A stretch of 64,000 nucleotides of DNA. It comes from Eledone cirrhosa. Taxonomy: Eukaryota. Each line of letters opens with the position of its first letter. Position 1 is the first letter of the stretch. A program made the translations under genes and the position numbers. Under the pieces are notes generated by a model that saw only the letters and a list, made by a program, of their open reading frames with translations, searched no databases and was not told the origin of the DNA. This document shows, one piece after another, positions 12,901 to 26,090 of this stretch. The DNA lies in NCBI GenBank assembly GCA_964016885.1, contig OZ024741.1, forward strand, positions 247,318,001 through 247,382,000, given 5' to 3'.

Positions 12901-14270
12901 GATGGCTAGATATTACCTCCCCTTGGACGGCTGGAAATTATCTCCCTTTGATTTTTTTTACAAATTATCTCCCCCTGATTTTTTTTTACAAATTATCTCC
13001 CCCTGATTTTTGTTTACAAATTATCTCCGCCTGATTTTTTTTTAAAAATTATCTCCCCTTGGACGGCTGGAAATTATCTCCCCTTGGACGGCTAGAAATT
13101 ACCTCTCCTTGGACGGCTGAAAATTATCTCCCCTTGGACGGCTGGAAATTATCTCCCCTTGATTTTTTTACAAATTATCTCCCCCTGATTTTTTTTTTAC
13201 AAATTATCTCCCCCTGATTTTTTTTTACAAATTATCTACCCCTGATTTTTTTTTACAAATTATCTCCCCCTGATTTTTTTTACAAATTATCTCCCCCTGA
13301 TTTTTTTTTACAAATTATCTCCCCCTGATTTTTTTACAAATTATCTCCCCCTGATTTTTTTTACAAATTATCTCCGCCTGATTTTTTTAAATATTATCTC
13401 TCCTTGGCTGGCGGGAAATTATCTCCCCTTGGACGGCTGGAAATTATCTCCCCTTGGAAGGATGGAAATTATCTCCCCTTGGACGGCTAGAAATTATCTC
13501 TCTTTGGACGGCTGGAAATTATCACCCCTTGAGTTTTTTACAAATTATCTCCCCCTGATTTTTTTTACAAATCTCCCAGTGATTTTTAAAAAAAAATTAT
13601 CTCCCCTTCGCTGGCTGGAAATTATCTCCCCTTGGACGCTGGAAATTATAGCCCCTTGGAGGGCTTGAAATTATCTTCCCTTGGACGGCTGGAAATTATC
13701 TCCCCTTGATTTTTTTTTACAAATTATCTCCCCCTGATTTTTTTTTACAAATTATCTCCCCCTGATTTTTTTTTACAACTTATCTGCGCCTGATTTTTTT
13801 AAAAAAATTATCTCCCCTTGGACGGCTGGAAATTATCTCCCCTTGGACGGCTGGAAATTATCTCTCCTTGGACGGCTAGAATTTACCTCTCCTTGGACGG
13901 CTGAAAATTATCTCCCCTTGGACGGCTGGAAATTATCTCCCCTTGATTTTTTTTACAAATTATCTCCCCCGGATTTTTTTTTACGAATTATCTCCCCCTG
14001 ATTTTTTTTTACAAATTATCTCCCCCTGATTTTTTTTTACAAATTATCTCCCCCTGATTTTTTTACAAATTATCTCCCCTTGGCTGGCTGGAAATTATCT
14101 CCCCTAGGAGGCTGGAACTTATCTCCCCTTGGACGGCTAGAAATTACCTCTCTTTGGACGGCTGGAAAATATGTCTCCTTGGACGGCTGGATATTATCTC
14201 CCCTTGGACGGCTGGAAATTATCTCCCCTTGGACGGCTGGAAATTATCTCCCCTTGGATGGCTAGATATT
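8130..14270. repeat. Higher-order tandem duplication, period ~3,018 bp (2 copies)
   Basis: Landmarks 8511/11529, 8854/11872, 9092/12110, 9706/12724 and 10411/13429 at offset 3,018; 11061/14080 at 3,019. Shared variants TTTTAGAAATT, GGGCTTGAAA, CCCCGGATTTTTTTTTACGAATT and CCCCTAGGAGG. Confidence 0.92.
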
Positions 14271-15279
14271 ACCTCCCTTTGGACGGCTGGAAATTATCTC
14301 CCCTTGATTTTTTTTACAAATTATCTCCCCCTGATTTTTTTTTACAAATTATCTCCCCCGATTTTTTTTTACAAATTATCTCCCCCTGATTTTTTTTTAC
14401 AAATTATCTCCCCCTGATTTTTTTTACAAATTATCTCCCCTTGGACGGCTGGAAATTATCTCCCCTTGGACGGCTAGAAATTACCTCTCCTTGGACGGCT
14501 GAAAATTATCCTCCCTTGGACGGCTGGAAATTATCTCCCCTTGATTTTTTTACAAATTATCTCCCCCTGATTTTTTTTTTACAAATTATCTCACCCTGAT
14601 TTTTTTTACAAATTATCTACCCCTGATTTTTTTTTACAAATTATCTCCCCCTGATTTTTTTTACAAATTATCTCCCACTGATTTTTTTTTTACAAATTAT
14701 CTCCCCCTGATTTTTTTACAAATTATCTCCCCCTGATTTTTTTTACAAATTATATCCGCCTGATTTTTTTAAATATTATCTCTCCTTGGCTGGCGGGAAA
14801 TTATCTCCCCTTGGACGGCTGGAAATTATCTCCCCTTGGAAGGATGGAAATTATCTCCCCTTGGACGGCTAGAAATTATCTCTCTTTGGACGGCTGGAAA
14901 TTATCACCCCTTGAGTTTTTTACAAATTATCTCCCCCTGATTTTTTTTACAAATCTCCCAGTGATTTTTTAAAAAAAATTATCTCCCCTTCGCTGGCTGG
15001 AAATTATCTCCCCTTGGACGCTGGAAATTATAGCACCTTGGAGGGCTGGAAATTATCTTCCCTTGGACGGCTGGAAATTATCTCCCCTTGATTTTTTTTA
15101 CAAATTATCTCCCCCTGATTTTTTTTTACAAATTATCTCCCCCTGATTTTTTTTTACAACTTATCTGCGCCTGATTTTTTTAAAAAAATTATCTCCCCTT
15201 GGACGGCTGGAAATTATCTCCCCTTGGACGGCTGGAAATTATCTCTCCTTGGACGGCTAGAATTTACCTCTCCTTGGAC

Positions 15280-17896
15280 GGCTGAAAATTATCTCCCCTT
15301 GGACGGCTGGAAATTATCTCCCCTTGATTTTTTTTACAAATTATCTCCCCCTGATTTTTTTTTACAAATTATCTCCCCCTGATTTTTTTTACAAATTATC
15401 TCCCCCTGATTTTTTTTTACAAATTATCTCCCCCTGATTTTTTTTACAAATTATCTCCCCCTGATTTTCTTACAAATTATCTCCCCTTGGCTGGCTGGAA
15501 ATTATCTCCCCTTGGAGGCTGGAACTTATGTCCCCTTGGACGGCTAGAAATTACCTCTCCTTGGACGGCTGGATGATATGTCTCCTTGGACGGCTGGATA
15601 TTATCTCCCCTTGGACGGCTGGAAATTATCTCCCCTTGGACGGCTGGAAATTATCTCCCATTGGATGGCTAGATATTACCTCCCCTTGGACGGCTGGAAA
15701 TTATCTCCCCTTGATTTTTTTTACAAATTATCTCCCCCTGATTTTTTTTACAAATTATCTCCCCCTGATTTTTTTTTACAAATTATCTCCCCCTGATTTT
15801 TGTTTACAAATTATCTCCGCCTGATTTTTTTTAAAAAATTATCTCCCCTTGGACGGCTGGAAATTATCTCTCCTTGGACGGCTGAAAATTATCTCCCCTT
15901 GGACGGCTGGAAATTATCTCCCGTTGGACGGCTGGAAATTATCTCGCCTTGGACGGCTAGAATTTACCTCTCCTTGGACGGCTGAAAATTATCTCCCCTT
16001 GGACGGCTGGAAATTATCTCCCCTTGGACGGATAGATATTACCTCCCCTTGGACGGCTGGAAATTATCTCCCCTTGGACGGCTGGAAATTATCTCCCCAT
16101 GGACGGCTGGAAATTATCTCCCCTTGGACGGCTAGAAATTATCTCTCCTTGGACGGCTGAAAATTATCTCCCCTTGGACGGCTGGAAATTATCTCCCGTT
16201 GGACGGCTGGAAATTATCTCGCCTTGGACGGCTAGAATTTACCTCTCCTTGGACGGCTGAAAATTATCTCCCCTTGGACGGCTGGAAATTATCTCCCCTT
16301 GATTTTTTTTACAAATTATCTCCCCCTGATTTTTTTTTACAAATTATCTCCCCCTGATTTTTTTTTACAAATTATCTCCCCCTGATTTTTTTTTACAAAT
16401 TATCTCCCCCTGATTTTTTTTACAAATTATCTCCCCCCTGATTTTTTAACAAATTATCTCCCCTTGGCTGGCTGGAAATTATCTCCCCTTGGAGGCTGGA
16501 ACTTATCTCCCCTTGGACGGCTAGAAATTACCTCTCCTTGGACGGCTGGAAAATATGTCTCCTTGGACGGCTGGATATTATCTCCCCTTGGACGGCTGGA
16601 AATTATCTCCCCTTGGACGGCTGGAAATTATCTCCCCTTGGATGGCTAGATATTACCTCCCCTTGGACGGCTGGAAATTATCTCCCTTTGATTTTTTTTA
16701 CAAATTATCTCCCCCTGATTTTTTTTTACAAATTATCTCCCCCTGATTTTTTTTACAAATTATCTACCCCTGATTTTTTTTTACAAATTATCTCCCCCTG
16801 ATTTTTTTTACAAATTATCTCCCCCTGATTTTTTTTTACAAATTATCTCCCCCTGATTTTTTTACAAATTATCTCCCCCTGATTTTTTTTACAAATTATC
16901 TCCGCCTGATTTTTTTAAATATTATCTCTCCTTGGCTGGCGGGAAATTATCTCCCCTTGGACGGCTGGAAATTATCTCCCCTTGGAAGGATGGAAATTAT
17001 CTCCCCTTGGACGGCTGGAAATTATCTACCCCTGATTTTTTTTACAAATTATCTCCCCCTGATTTTTTTTACAAATTATCTCCCCCTGATTTTTTTTACA
17101 AATTATCTACCCCTGATTTTTTTTACAAATTATCTCCCCCTGATTTTTTTTACAAATTATCTCCCCCTGATTTTTTTTTTACAAATTATCTCACCCTGAT
17201 TTTTTTACAAATTATCTCCCCCTGATTTTTTTTACAAATTATCTCCGCCTGATTTTTTTAAATATTATCTTCCCTTGGCTGGCGAGAAATTATCTCCCCT
17301 TGAAGGGCTGAAAATTATCTCCCCTTGGACGGCTGGAAATTATCTCCCCTTGATTTTTTTTACAAATTATCTCCCCCTGATTTTTTTTTACAAATTATCT
17401 CCCCCTGATTTTTTTTACAAATTATCTCCCCCTGATTTTTTTTTACAAATTATCTCCCCCTGATTTTTTTTACAAATTATCTCCCCCTGATTTTCTTACA
17501 AATTATCTCCCCTTGGCTGGCTGGAAATTATCTCCCCTTGGAGGCTGGAACTTATGTCCCCTTGGACGGCTAGAAATTACCTCTCCTTGGACGGCTGGAT
17601 GATATGTCTCCTTGGACGGCTGGATATTATCTCCCCTTGGACGGCTGGAAATTATCTCCCCTTGGACGGCTGGAAATTATCTCCCATTGGATGGCTAGAT
17701 ATTACCTCCCCTTGGACGGCTGGAAATTATCTCCCCTTGATTTTTTTTACAAATTATCTCCCCCTGATTTTTTTTACAAATTATCTCCCCCTGATTTTTT
17801 TTTACAAATTATCTCCCCCTGATTTTTGTTTACAAATTATCTCCGCCTGATTTTTTTTTAAAAATTATCTCCCCTTGGACGGCTGGAAATTATCTC
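15280..17896. repeat. ~590-bp direct repeat pair (15280-15870 and 17306-17896, offset 2,026) flanking a segment related to the 1.66-kb unit
   Basis: Variants TTTTCTTACA, GGATGATATG and CTCCCATTGG occur at both sites. ORF landmarks 15528/17554 and 15578/17604. The intervening 16020-17330 matches 7600-8910 (16464/8044 at offset 8,420; 16932/8511 at 8,421). Confidence 0.85.
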
Positions 17897-18174
17897 CCCC
17901 TGGACGGCTAGAAATTACCTCTCCTTGGACGGCTGAAAATTATCTCCCCTTGGACGGCTGGAAATTATCTCCCCTTGATTTTTTTACAAATTATCTCCCC
18001 CTGATTTTTTTTTTACAAATTATCTCCCCCTGATTTTTTTTTTACAAATTATCTCCCCCTGATTTTTTTACAAATTATCTCCCCCTAATTTTTTTTACAA
18101 ATTATCTCCGCCTGATTTTTTTAAATATTATCTCTCCTTGGCTGGCGGGAAATTATCTCCCCTTGGACGGCTGG

Positions 18175-21100
18175 AAATTATCTCCCCTTGGAAGGATGGA
18201 AATTATCTCCCCTTGGACGGCTGGAAATTATCTACCCCTGATTTTTTTTACAAATTATCTCCCCCTGATTTTTTTTACAAATTATCTCCCCCTGATTTTT
18301 TTTTACAAATTATCTACCCCTGATTTTTTTTACAAATTATCTCCCCCTGATTTTTTTTACAAATTATCTCCCCCTGATTTTTTTTTACAAATTATCTACC
18401 CCTGATTTTTTTTACAAATTATCTCCCCCTGATTTTTTTTTACAAATTATCTCCCCCTGATTTTTTTACAAATATTCTCCCCCTGATTTTTTTTACAATC
18501 TCCGCCTGATTTTTTTAAAAATTATCTTCTCTTGGCTGGCTGGAAATTATCTCCCCTTGGACACTGGAAATTATAGCCACTTGGAGGGCTGGAAATTATC
18601 TTCCCTTGGACGGCTGGAAATTATCTCCCCTTGATTTTTTTTACAAATTATCTCCGCCTGATTTTTTTTTACAAATTATCTCCCCCTGATTTTTTTTTAC
18701 AAATTATCTACCCCTGATTTTTTTTTACAAATTATCTCCCCCTGATTTTTTTTACAAATTATCTCCCCCTGATTTCTCTTTTACAAATTATCTCCCCCTG
18801 ATTTTTTTACAAATTATCTCCCCCTGATTTTTTTTACAAATTATCTCCGCCTGATTTTTTTAAATATTATCTTCCCTTGGCTGGCGGGAAATTATCTCCC
18901 CTTGGACGGCTGGAAATTATCTACCCTTGATTTTCTTTTTACAAATTATCTTCCACTGATTTTTTTTACAAATTATCTCCACCTGATTTTTTAAAAAATT
19001 ATCTCCCCTTGGAAGGCTGGAAATTATCTCCCCTTGGCTGGAAATTATCTCCCCTTGGACGGCTAGAAATTATCTCTCTTTGGACGGCTGGAAATTATCA
19101 CCCCTTGAGTTTTTTACAAATTATCTCCCCCTGATTTTTTTACAAATTATCTCCCCCTGATTTTTTTTACAAATTATCTCCGCCTGATTTTTTTAAATAT
19201 TATCTTCCCTTGGCTGGCGGGAAATTATCTCCCCTTGGACGGCTGAAAATTATCTCCCCTTGGACGGCTGGAAATTATCTCCCCTTGATTTTTTTTACAA
19301 ATTATCTCCCCCTGATTTTTTTTTACAAATTATCTCCCCCTGATTTTTTTACAAATTATCTCCCCTTGGCTGGCTGGAAATTATCTCCCCTTGGACGGCT
19401 AGAAATTACCTCTCCTTGGACGGCTGGAAAATTTGTCTCCTTGGACGGCTGGATATTATCTCCCCTTGGACGGCTGGAAATTATCTCCCCTTGGACGGCT
19501 GGAAATTATCTCCCCTTGGACGGATATATATTACCTCCCCTTGGACGGCTGGAAATTATCTCCCCTTGATTTTTTTACAAATTATCTCCCCCTGATTTAT
19601 TTTACAAATCTCCCAATGATTTTTAAAAAAAAATTATCTCCCCTTCGCTGGCTGGAAATTATCTCCCCTTGGACGCTGGAAATTATAGCCCCTTGGAGGG
19701 CTGGAAATTATCTTCCCTTGGACGGCTGGAAATTATCTCCCCTTGATTTTTTTTACAAATTATCTCCCCCTGATTTTTTTTACAAATTATCTCCCCCTGA
19801 TTTTTTTTACAAATTATCTACCCCTGATTTTTTTTACAAATTATCTCCCCCTGATTTTTTTTTACAAATTATCTCCCCCTGATTTTTTTTTACAAATTAT
19901 CTCCCCCTGATTTTTTTACAAATTATCTCCCCCTGATTTTTTTTACAATCTCCGCCTGATTTTTTTAAAAATTATCTTCTCTTGGCTGGCTGGAAATTAT
20001 CTCCCCTTGGACACTGGAAATTATAGCCACTTGGAGGGCTGGAAATTATCTTCCCTTGGACGGCTGGAAATTATCACCCCTTGATTTTTTTTACAAATTA
20101 TCTCCGCCTGATTTTTTTTACAAATTATCTCCCCCTGATTTTTTTTTACAAATTATCTAACCCTGATTTTTTTTTACAAATTATCTCCCCCTGATTTTTT
20201 TTACAAATTATCTCCCCCTGATTTCTCTTTTACAAATTATCTCCCCCTGATTTTTTTACAAATTATCTCCCCCTGATTTTTTTTACAAATTATCTCCGCC
20301 TGATTTTTTTAAATATTATCTTCCCTTGGCTGGCGGGAAATTATCTCCCCTTGGACGGCTGGAAATTATCTACCCTTGATTTTCTTTTTACAAATTATCT
20401 TCCACTGATTTTTTTTACAAATTATCTCCACCTGATTTTTTAAAAAATTATCTCCCCTTGGAAGGCTGGAAATTATCTCCCCTTGGCTGGAAATTATCTC
20501 CCCTTGGACGGCTAGAAATTATCTCTCTTTGGACGGCTGGAAATTATCACCCCTTGAGCTTTTTACAAATTATCTCCCCCTGATTTTTTTTACAAATCTC
20601 CCTGTGATTTTTTAAAAAAAATTATCTCCCCTTCGCTGGCGGGAAATTATCTCCCCTTGGACGCTGGAAATTATAGCCCCTTGGAGGGCTGGAAATTATC
20701 TTCCCTTGGACGGCTGGAAATTATCTCCCCTTGATTTTTTTTACAAATTATCTCCCCCTGATTTTTTTTTACAAATTATCTCCCCCTTATTTTTTTTACA
20801 ACTTATCTGCGCCTGATTTTTTTTTTAAAATTATCTCCCCTTGGACGGCTGGAAATTATCTCCCCTTGGACGGCTGGAAATTATCTCTCCTTGGACGGCT
20901 AGAATTTACCTCTCCTTGGACGGCTGAAAATTATCTCCCCTTGGACGGCTGGAAATTATCTCCCCTTGATTTTTTTTACAAATTATCTCCCCCTGATTTT
21001 TTTTTACAAATTATCTCCCCCTGATTTTTTTTTACAAATTATCTCCCCCTGATTTTTTTTTACAAATTATCTACCCCTGATTTTTTTTTACAAATTATCT

Positions 21101-24100
21101 CCCCTTGGCTGGCTGGAAATTATCTCCCCTTGGAGGCTGGAACTTATCTCCCCTTGGACGGCTAGAAATGACCTCTCCTTGGACGGCTGGAAAATATGTC
21201 TCCTTGGACGGCTGGATATTATCTCCCCTTGGACGGCTGGAAATTATCTCCCCTTGGACGGCTGAAAATTATCTCCCCTTGATTTTTTTTACAAATTATC
21301 TCCCCCTGATTTTTTTTTACAAATTATCTCCCCCTGATTTTTGTTTACAAATTATCTCCGCCTGATTTTTTAAAAAAATTATCTCCCCTTGGACGGCTGG
21401 AAATTATCTCCCCTTGGACGGATAGAAATTACCTCTCCTTGGACGGCTGAAAATTATCTCCCCTTTGACGGCTGGAAATTATCTCCCCTTGATTTTTTTA
21501 CAAATTATCTCCCCCTGATTTTTTTTTTACAAATTATCTCCCCCTGATTTTTTTTTACAAATTATCTACCCCTGATTTTTTTTTACAAATTATCTCCCCC
21601 TGATTTTTTTTACAAATTATCTCCCCCTGATTTTTTTTTACAAATTATCTCCCCCTGATTTTTTTACAAATTATCTCCCCCTGATTTTTTTTACAAATTA
21701 TCTCCGCCTGATTTTTTTAAATATTATCTCTCCTTGGCTGGCGGGAAATTATCTCCCCTTGGACGGCTGGAAATTATCTCCCCTTGGAAGGATGGAAATT
21801 ATCTCCCCTTGGACGGCTGGAAATTATCTACCCCTGATTTTTTTTACAAATTATCTCCCCCTGATTTTTTTTACAAATTATCTCCCCCTGATTTTTTTTA
21901 CAAATTATCTACCCCTGATTTTTTTTACAAATTATCTCCCCCTGATTTTTTTTACAAATTATCTCCCCCTGATTTTTTTTTTACAAATTATCTCACCCTG
22001 ATTTTTTTACAAATTATCTCCCCCTGATTTTTTTTACAAATTATCTCCGCCTGATTTTTTTAAATATTATCTTCCCTTGGCTGGCGGGAAATTATCTCCC
22101 CTTGGAAGGATGGAAATTATCTCCCCTTGGACGGCTGGAAATTATCTACCCCTGATTTTTTTTACAAATTATCTCCCCCTGATTTTTTTTACAAATTATC
22201 TCCCCCTGATTTTTTTTTACAAATTATCTACCCCTGATTTTTTTTACAAATTATCTCCCCCTGATTTTTTTTACAAATTATCTCCCCCTGATTTTTTTTT
22301 ACAAATTATCTACCCCTGATTTTTTTTACAAATTATCTCCCCCTGATTTTTTTTTACAAATTATCTCCCCCTGATTTTTTTACAAATTATCTCCCCCTGA
22401 TTTTTTTTACAATCTCCGCCTGATTTTTTTAAAAATTATCTTCTCTTGGCTGGCTGGAAATTATCTCCCCTTGGACACTGGAAATTATAGCCACTTGGAG
22501 GGCTGGAAATTATCTTCCCTTGGACGGCTGGAAATTATCTCCCCTTGATTTTTTTTACAAATTATCTCCGCCTGATTTTTTTTTACAAATTATCTCCCCC
22601 TGATTTTTTTTTACAAATTATCTACCCCTGATTTTTTTTTACAAATTATCTCCCCCTGATTTTTTTTACAAATTATCTCCCCCTGATTTCTCTTTTACAA
22701 ATTATCTCCCCCTGATTTTTTTACAAATTATCTCCCCCTGATTTTTTTTACAAATTATCTCCGCCTGATTTTTTTAAATATTATCTTCCCTTGGCTGGCG
22801 GGAAATTATCTCCCCTTGGACGGCTGGAAATTATCTACCCTTGATTTTCGTTTTACAAATTATCTTCCACTGATTTTTTTTACAAATTATCTCCACCTGA
22901 TTTTTTAAAAAATTATCTCCCCTTGGAAGGCTGGAAATTATCTCCCCTTGGCTGGAAATTATCTCCCCTTGGACGGCTAGAAATTATCTCTCTTTGGACG
23001 GCTGGAAATTATCACCCCTTGAGTTTTTTACAAATTATCTCCCCCTGATTTTTTTACAAATTATCTCCCCCTGATTTTTTTTACAAATTATCTCCGCCTG
23101 ATTTTTTTAAATATTATCTTCCCTTGGCTGGCGGGAAATTATCTCCCCTTGGACGGCTGAAAATTATCTCCCCTTGGACGGCTGGAAATTATCTCCCCTT
23201 GATTTTTTTTACAAATTATCTCCCCCTGATTTTTTTTTACAAATTATCTCCCCCTGATTTTTTTACAAATTATCTCCCCCTGATTTTTTTTTACAAATTA
23301 TCTCCCCCTGATTTTTTTTACAAATTATCTCCCTCTGATTTTTTTACAAATTATCTCCCCTTGGCTGGCTGGAAATTATCTCCCCTTGGACGGCTAGAAA
23401 TTACCTCTCCTTGGACGGCTGGAAAATTTGTCTCCTTGGACGGCTGGATATTATCTCCCCTTGGACGGCTGGAAATTATCTCCCCTTGGACGGCTGGAAA
23501 TTATCTCCCCTTGGACGGATATATATTACCTCCCCTTGGACGGCTGGAAATTATCTCCCCTTGATTTTTTTACAAATTATCTCCCCCTGATTTATTTTAC
23601 AAATCTCCCAATGATTTTTAAAAAAAAATTATCTCCCCTTCGCTGGCTGGAAATTATCTCCCCTTGGACGCTGGAAATTATAGCCCCTTGGAGGGCTGGA
23701 AATTATCTTCCCTTGGACGGCTGGAAATTATCTCCCCTTGATTTTTTTTACAAATTATCTCCCCCTGATTTTTTTTACAAATTATCTCCCCCTGATTTTT
23801 TTTACAAATTATCTACCCCTGATTTTTTTTACAAATTATCTCCCCCTGATTTTTTTTTACAAATTATCTCCCCCTGATTTTTTTTTACAAATTATCTCCC
23901 CCTGATTTTTTTACAAATTATCTCCCCCTGATTTTTTTTACAATCTCCGCCTGATTTTTTTAAAAATTATCTTCTCTTGGCTGGCTGGAAATTATCTCCC
24001 CTTGGACACTGGAAATTATAGCCACTTGGAGGGCTGGAAATTATCTTCCCTTGGACGGCTGGAAATTATCACCCCTTGATTTTTTTTACAAATTATCTCC

Positions 24101-26090
24101 GCCTGATTTTTTTTACAAATTATCTCCCCCTGATTTTTTTTTACAAATTATCTAACCCTGATTTTTTTTTACAAATTATCTCCCCCTGATTTTTTTTACA
24201 AATTATCTCCCCCTGATTTCTCTTTTACAAATTATCTCCCCCTGATTTTTTTACAAATTATCTCCCCCTGATTTTTTTTACAAATTATCTCCGCCTGATT
24301 TTTTTAAATATTATCTTCCCTTGGCTGGCGGGAAATTATCTCCCCTTGGACGGCTGGAAATTATCTACCCTTGATTTTCTTTTTACAAATTATCTTCCAC
24401 TGATTTTTTTTACAAATTATCTCCACCTGATTTTTTAAAAAATTATCTCCCCTTGGAAGGCTGGAAATTATCTCCCCTTGGCTGGAAATTATCTCCCCTT
24501 GGACGGCTAGAAATTATCTCTCTTTGGACGGCTGGAAATTATCACCCCTTGAGCTTTTTACAAATTATCTCCCCCTGATTTTTTTTACAAATCTCCCTGT
24601 GATTTTTTAAAAAAAATTATCTCCCCTTCGCTGGCGGGAAATTATCTCCCCTTGGACGCTGGAAATTATAGCCCCTTGGAGGGCTGGAAATTATCTTCCC
24701 TTGGACGGCTGGAAATTATCTCCCCTTGATTTTTTTTACAAATTATCTCCCCCTGATTTTTTTTTACAAATTATCTCCCCCTTATTTTTTTTACAACTTA
24801 TCTGCGCCTGATTTTTTTTTTAAAATTATCTCCCCTTGGACGGCTGGAAATTATCTCCCCTTGGACGGCTGGAAATTATCTCTCCTTGGACGGCTAGAAT
24901 TTACCTCTCCTTGGACGGCTGAAAATTATCTCCCCTTGGACGGCTGGAAATTATCTCCCCTTGATTTTTTTTACAAATTATCTCCCCCTGATTTTTTTTT
25001 ACAAATTATCTCCCCCTGATTTTTTTTTACAAATTATCTCCCCCTGATTTTTTTTTACAAATTATCTACCCCTGATTTTTTTTTACAAATTATCTCCCCT
25101 TGGCTGGCTGGAAATTATCTCCCCTTGGAGGCTGGAACTTATCTCCCCTTGGACGGCTAGAAATGACCTCTCCTTGGACGGCTGGAAAATATGTCTCCTT
25201 GGACGGCTGGATATTATCTCCCCTTGGACGGCTGGAAATTATCTCCCCTTGGACGGCTGAAAATTATCTCCCCTTGATTTTTTTTACAAATTATCTCCCC
25301 CTGATTTTTTTTTACAAATTATCTCCCCCTGATTTTTGTTTACAAATTATCTCCGCCTGATTTTTTAAAAAAATTATCTCCCCTTGGACGGCTGGAAATT
25401 ATCTCCCCTTGGACGGATAGAAATTACCTCTCCTTGGACGGCTGAAAATTATCTCCCCTTTGACGGCTGGAAATTATCTCCCCTTGATTTTTTTACAAAT
25501 TATCTCCCCCTGATTTTTTTTTTACAAATTATCTCCCCCTGATTTTTTTTTACAAATTATCTACCCCTGATTTTTTTTTACAAATTATCTCCCCCTGATT
25601 TTTTTTACAAATTATCTCCCCCTGATTTTTTTTTACAAATTATCTCCCCCTGATTTTTTTACAAATTATCTCCCCCTGATTTTTTTTACAAATTATCTCC
25701 GCCTGATTTTTTTAAATATTATCTCTCCTTGGCTGGCGGGAAATTATCTCCCCTTGGACGGCTGGAAATTATCTCCCCTTGGAAGGATGGAAATTATCTC
25801 CCCTTGGACGGCTGGAAATTATCTACCCCTGATTTTTTTTACAAATTATCTCCCCCTGATTTTTTTTACAAATTATCTCCCCCTGATTTTTTTTACAAAT
25901 TATCTACCCCTGATTTTTTTTACAAATTATCTCCCCCTGATTTTTTTTACAAATTATCTCCCCCTGATTTTTTTTTTACAAATTATCTCACCCTGATTTT
26001 TTTACAAATTATCTCCCCCTGATTTTTTTTACAAATTATCTCCGCCTGATTTTTTTAAATATTATCTTCCCTTGGCTGGCGGGAAATTAT
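18175..26090. repeat. Higher-order tandem duplication, units 3,914 bp and 3,995 bp (differing by three B monomers, 81 bp)
   Basis: Landmarks 19210/23124 at 3,914; then 19433/23428, 20731/24726, 21105/25100 and 21734/25729 at 3,995. Shared variants AAAATTTGTCTCC, CCCCCTTATTTT, CTAGAAATGACC and CTTCGCTGGCGGG. Confidence 0.92.
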
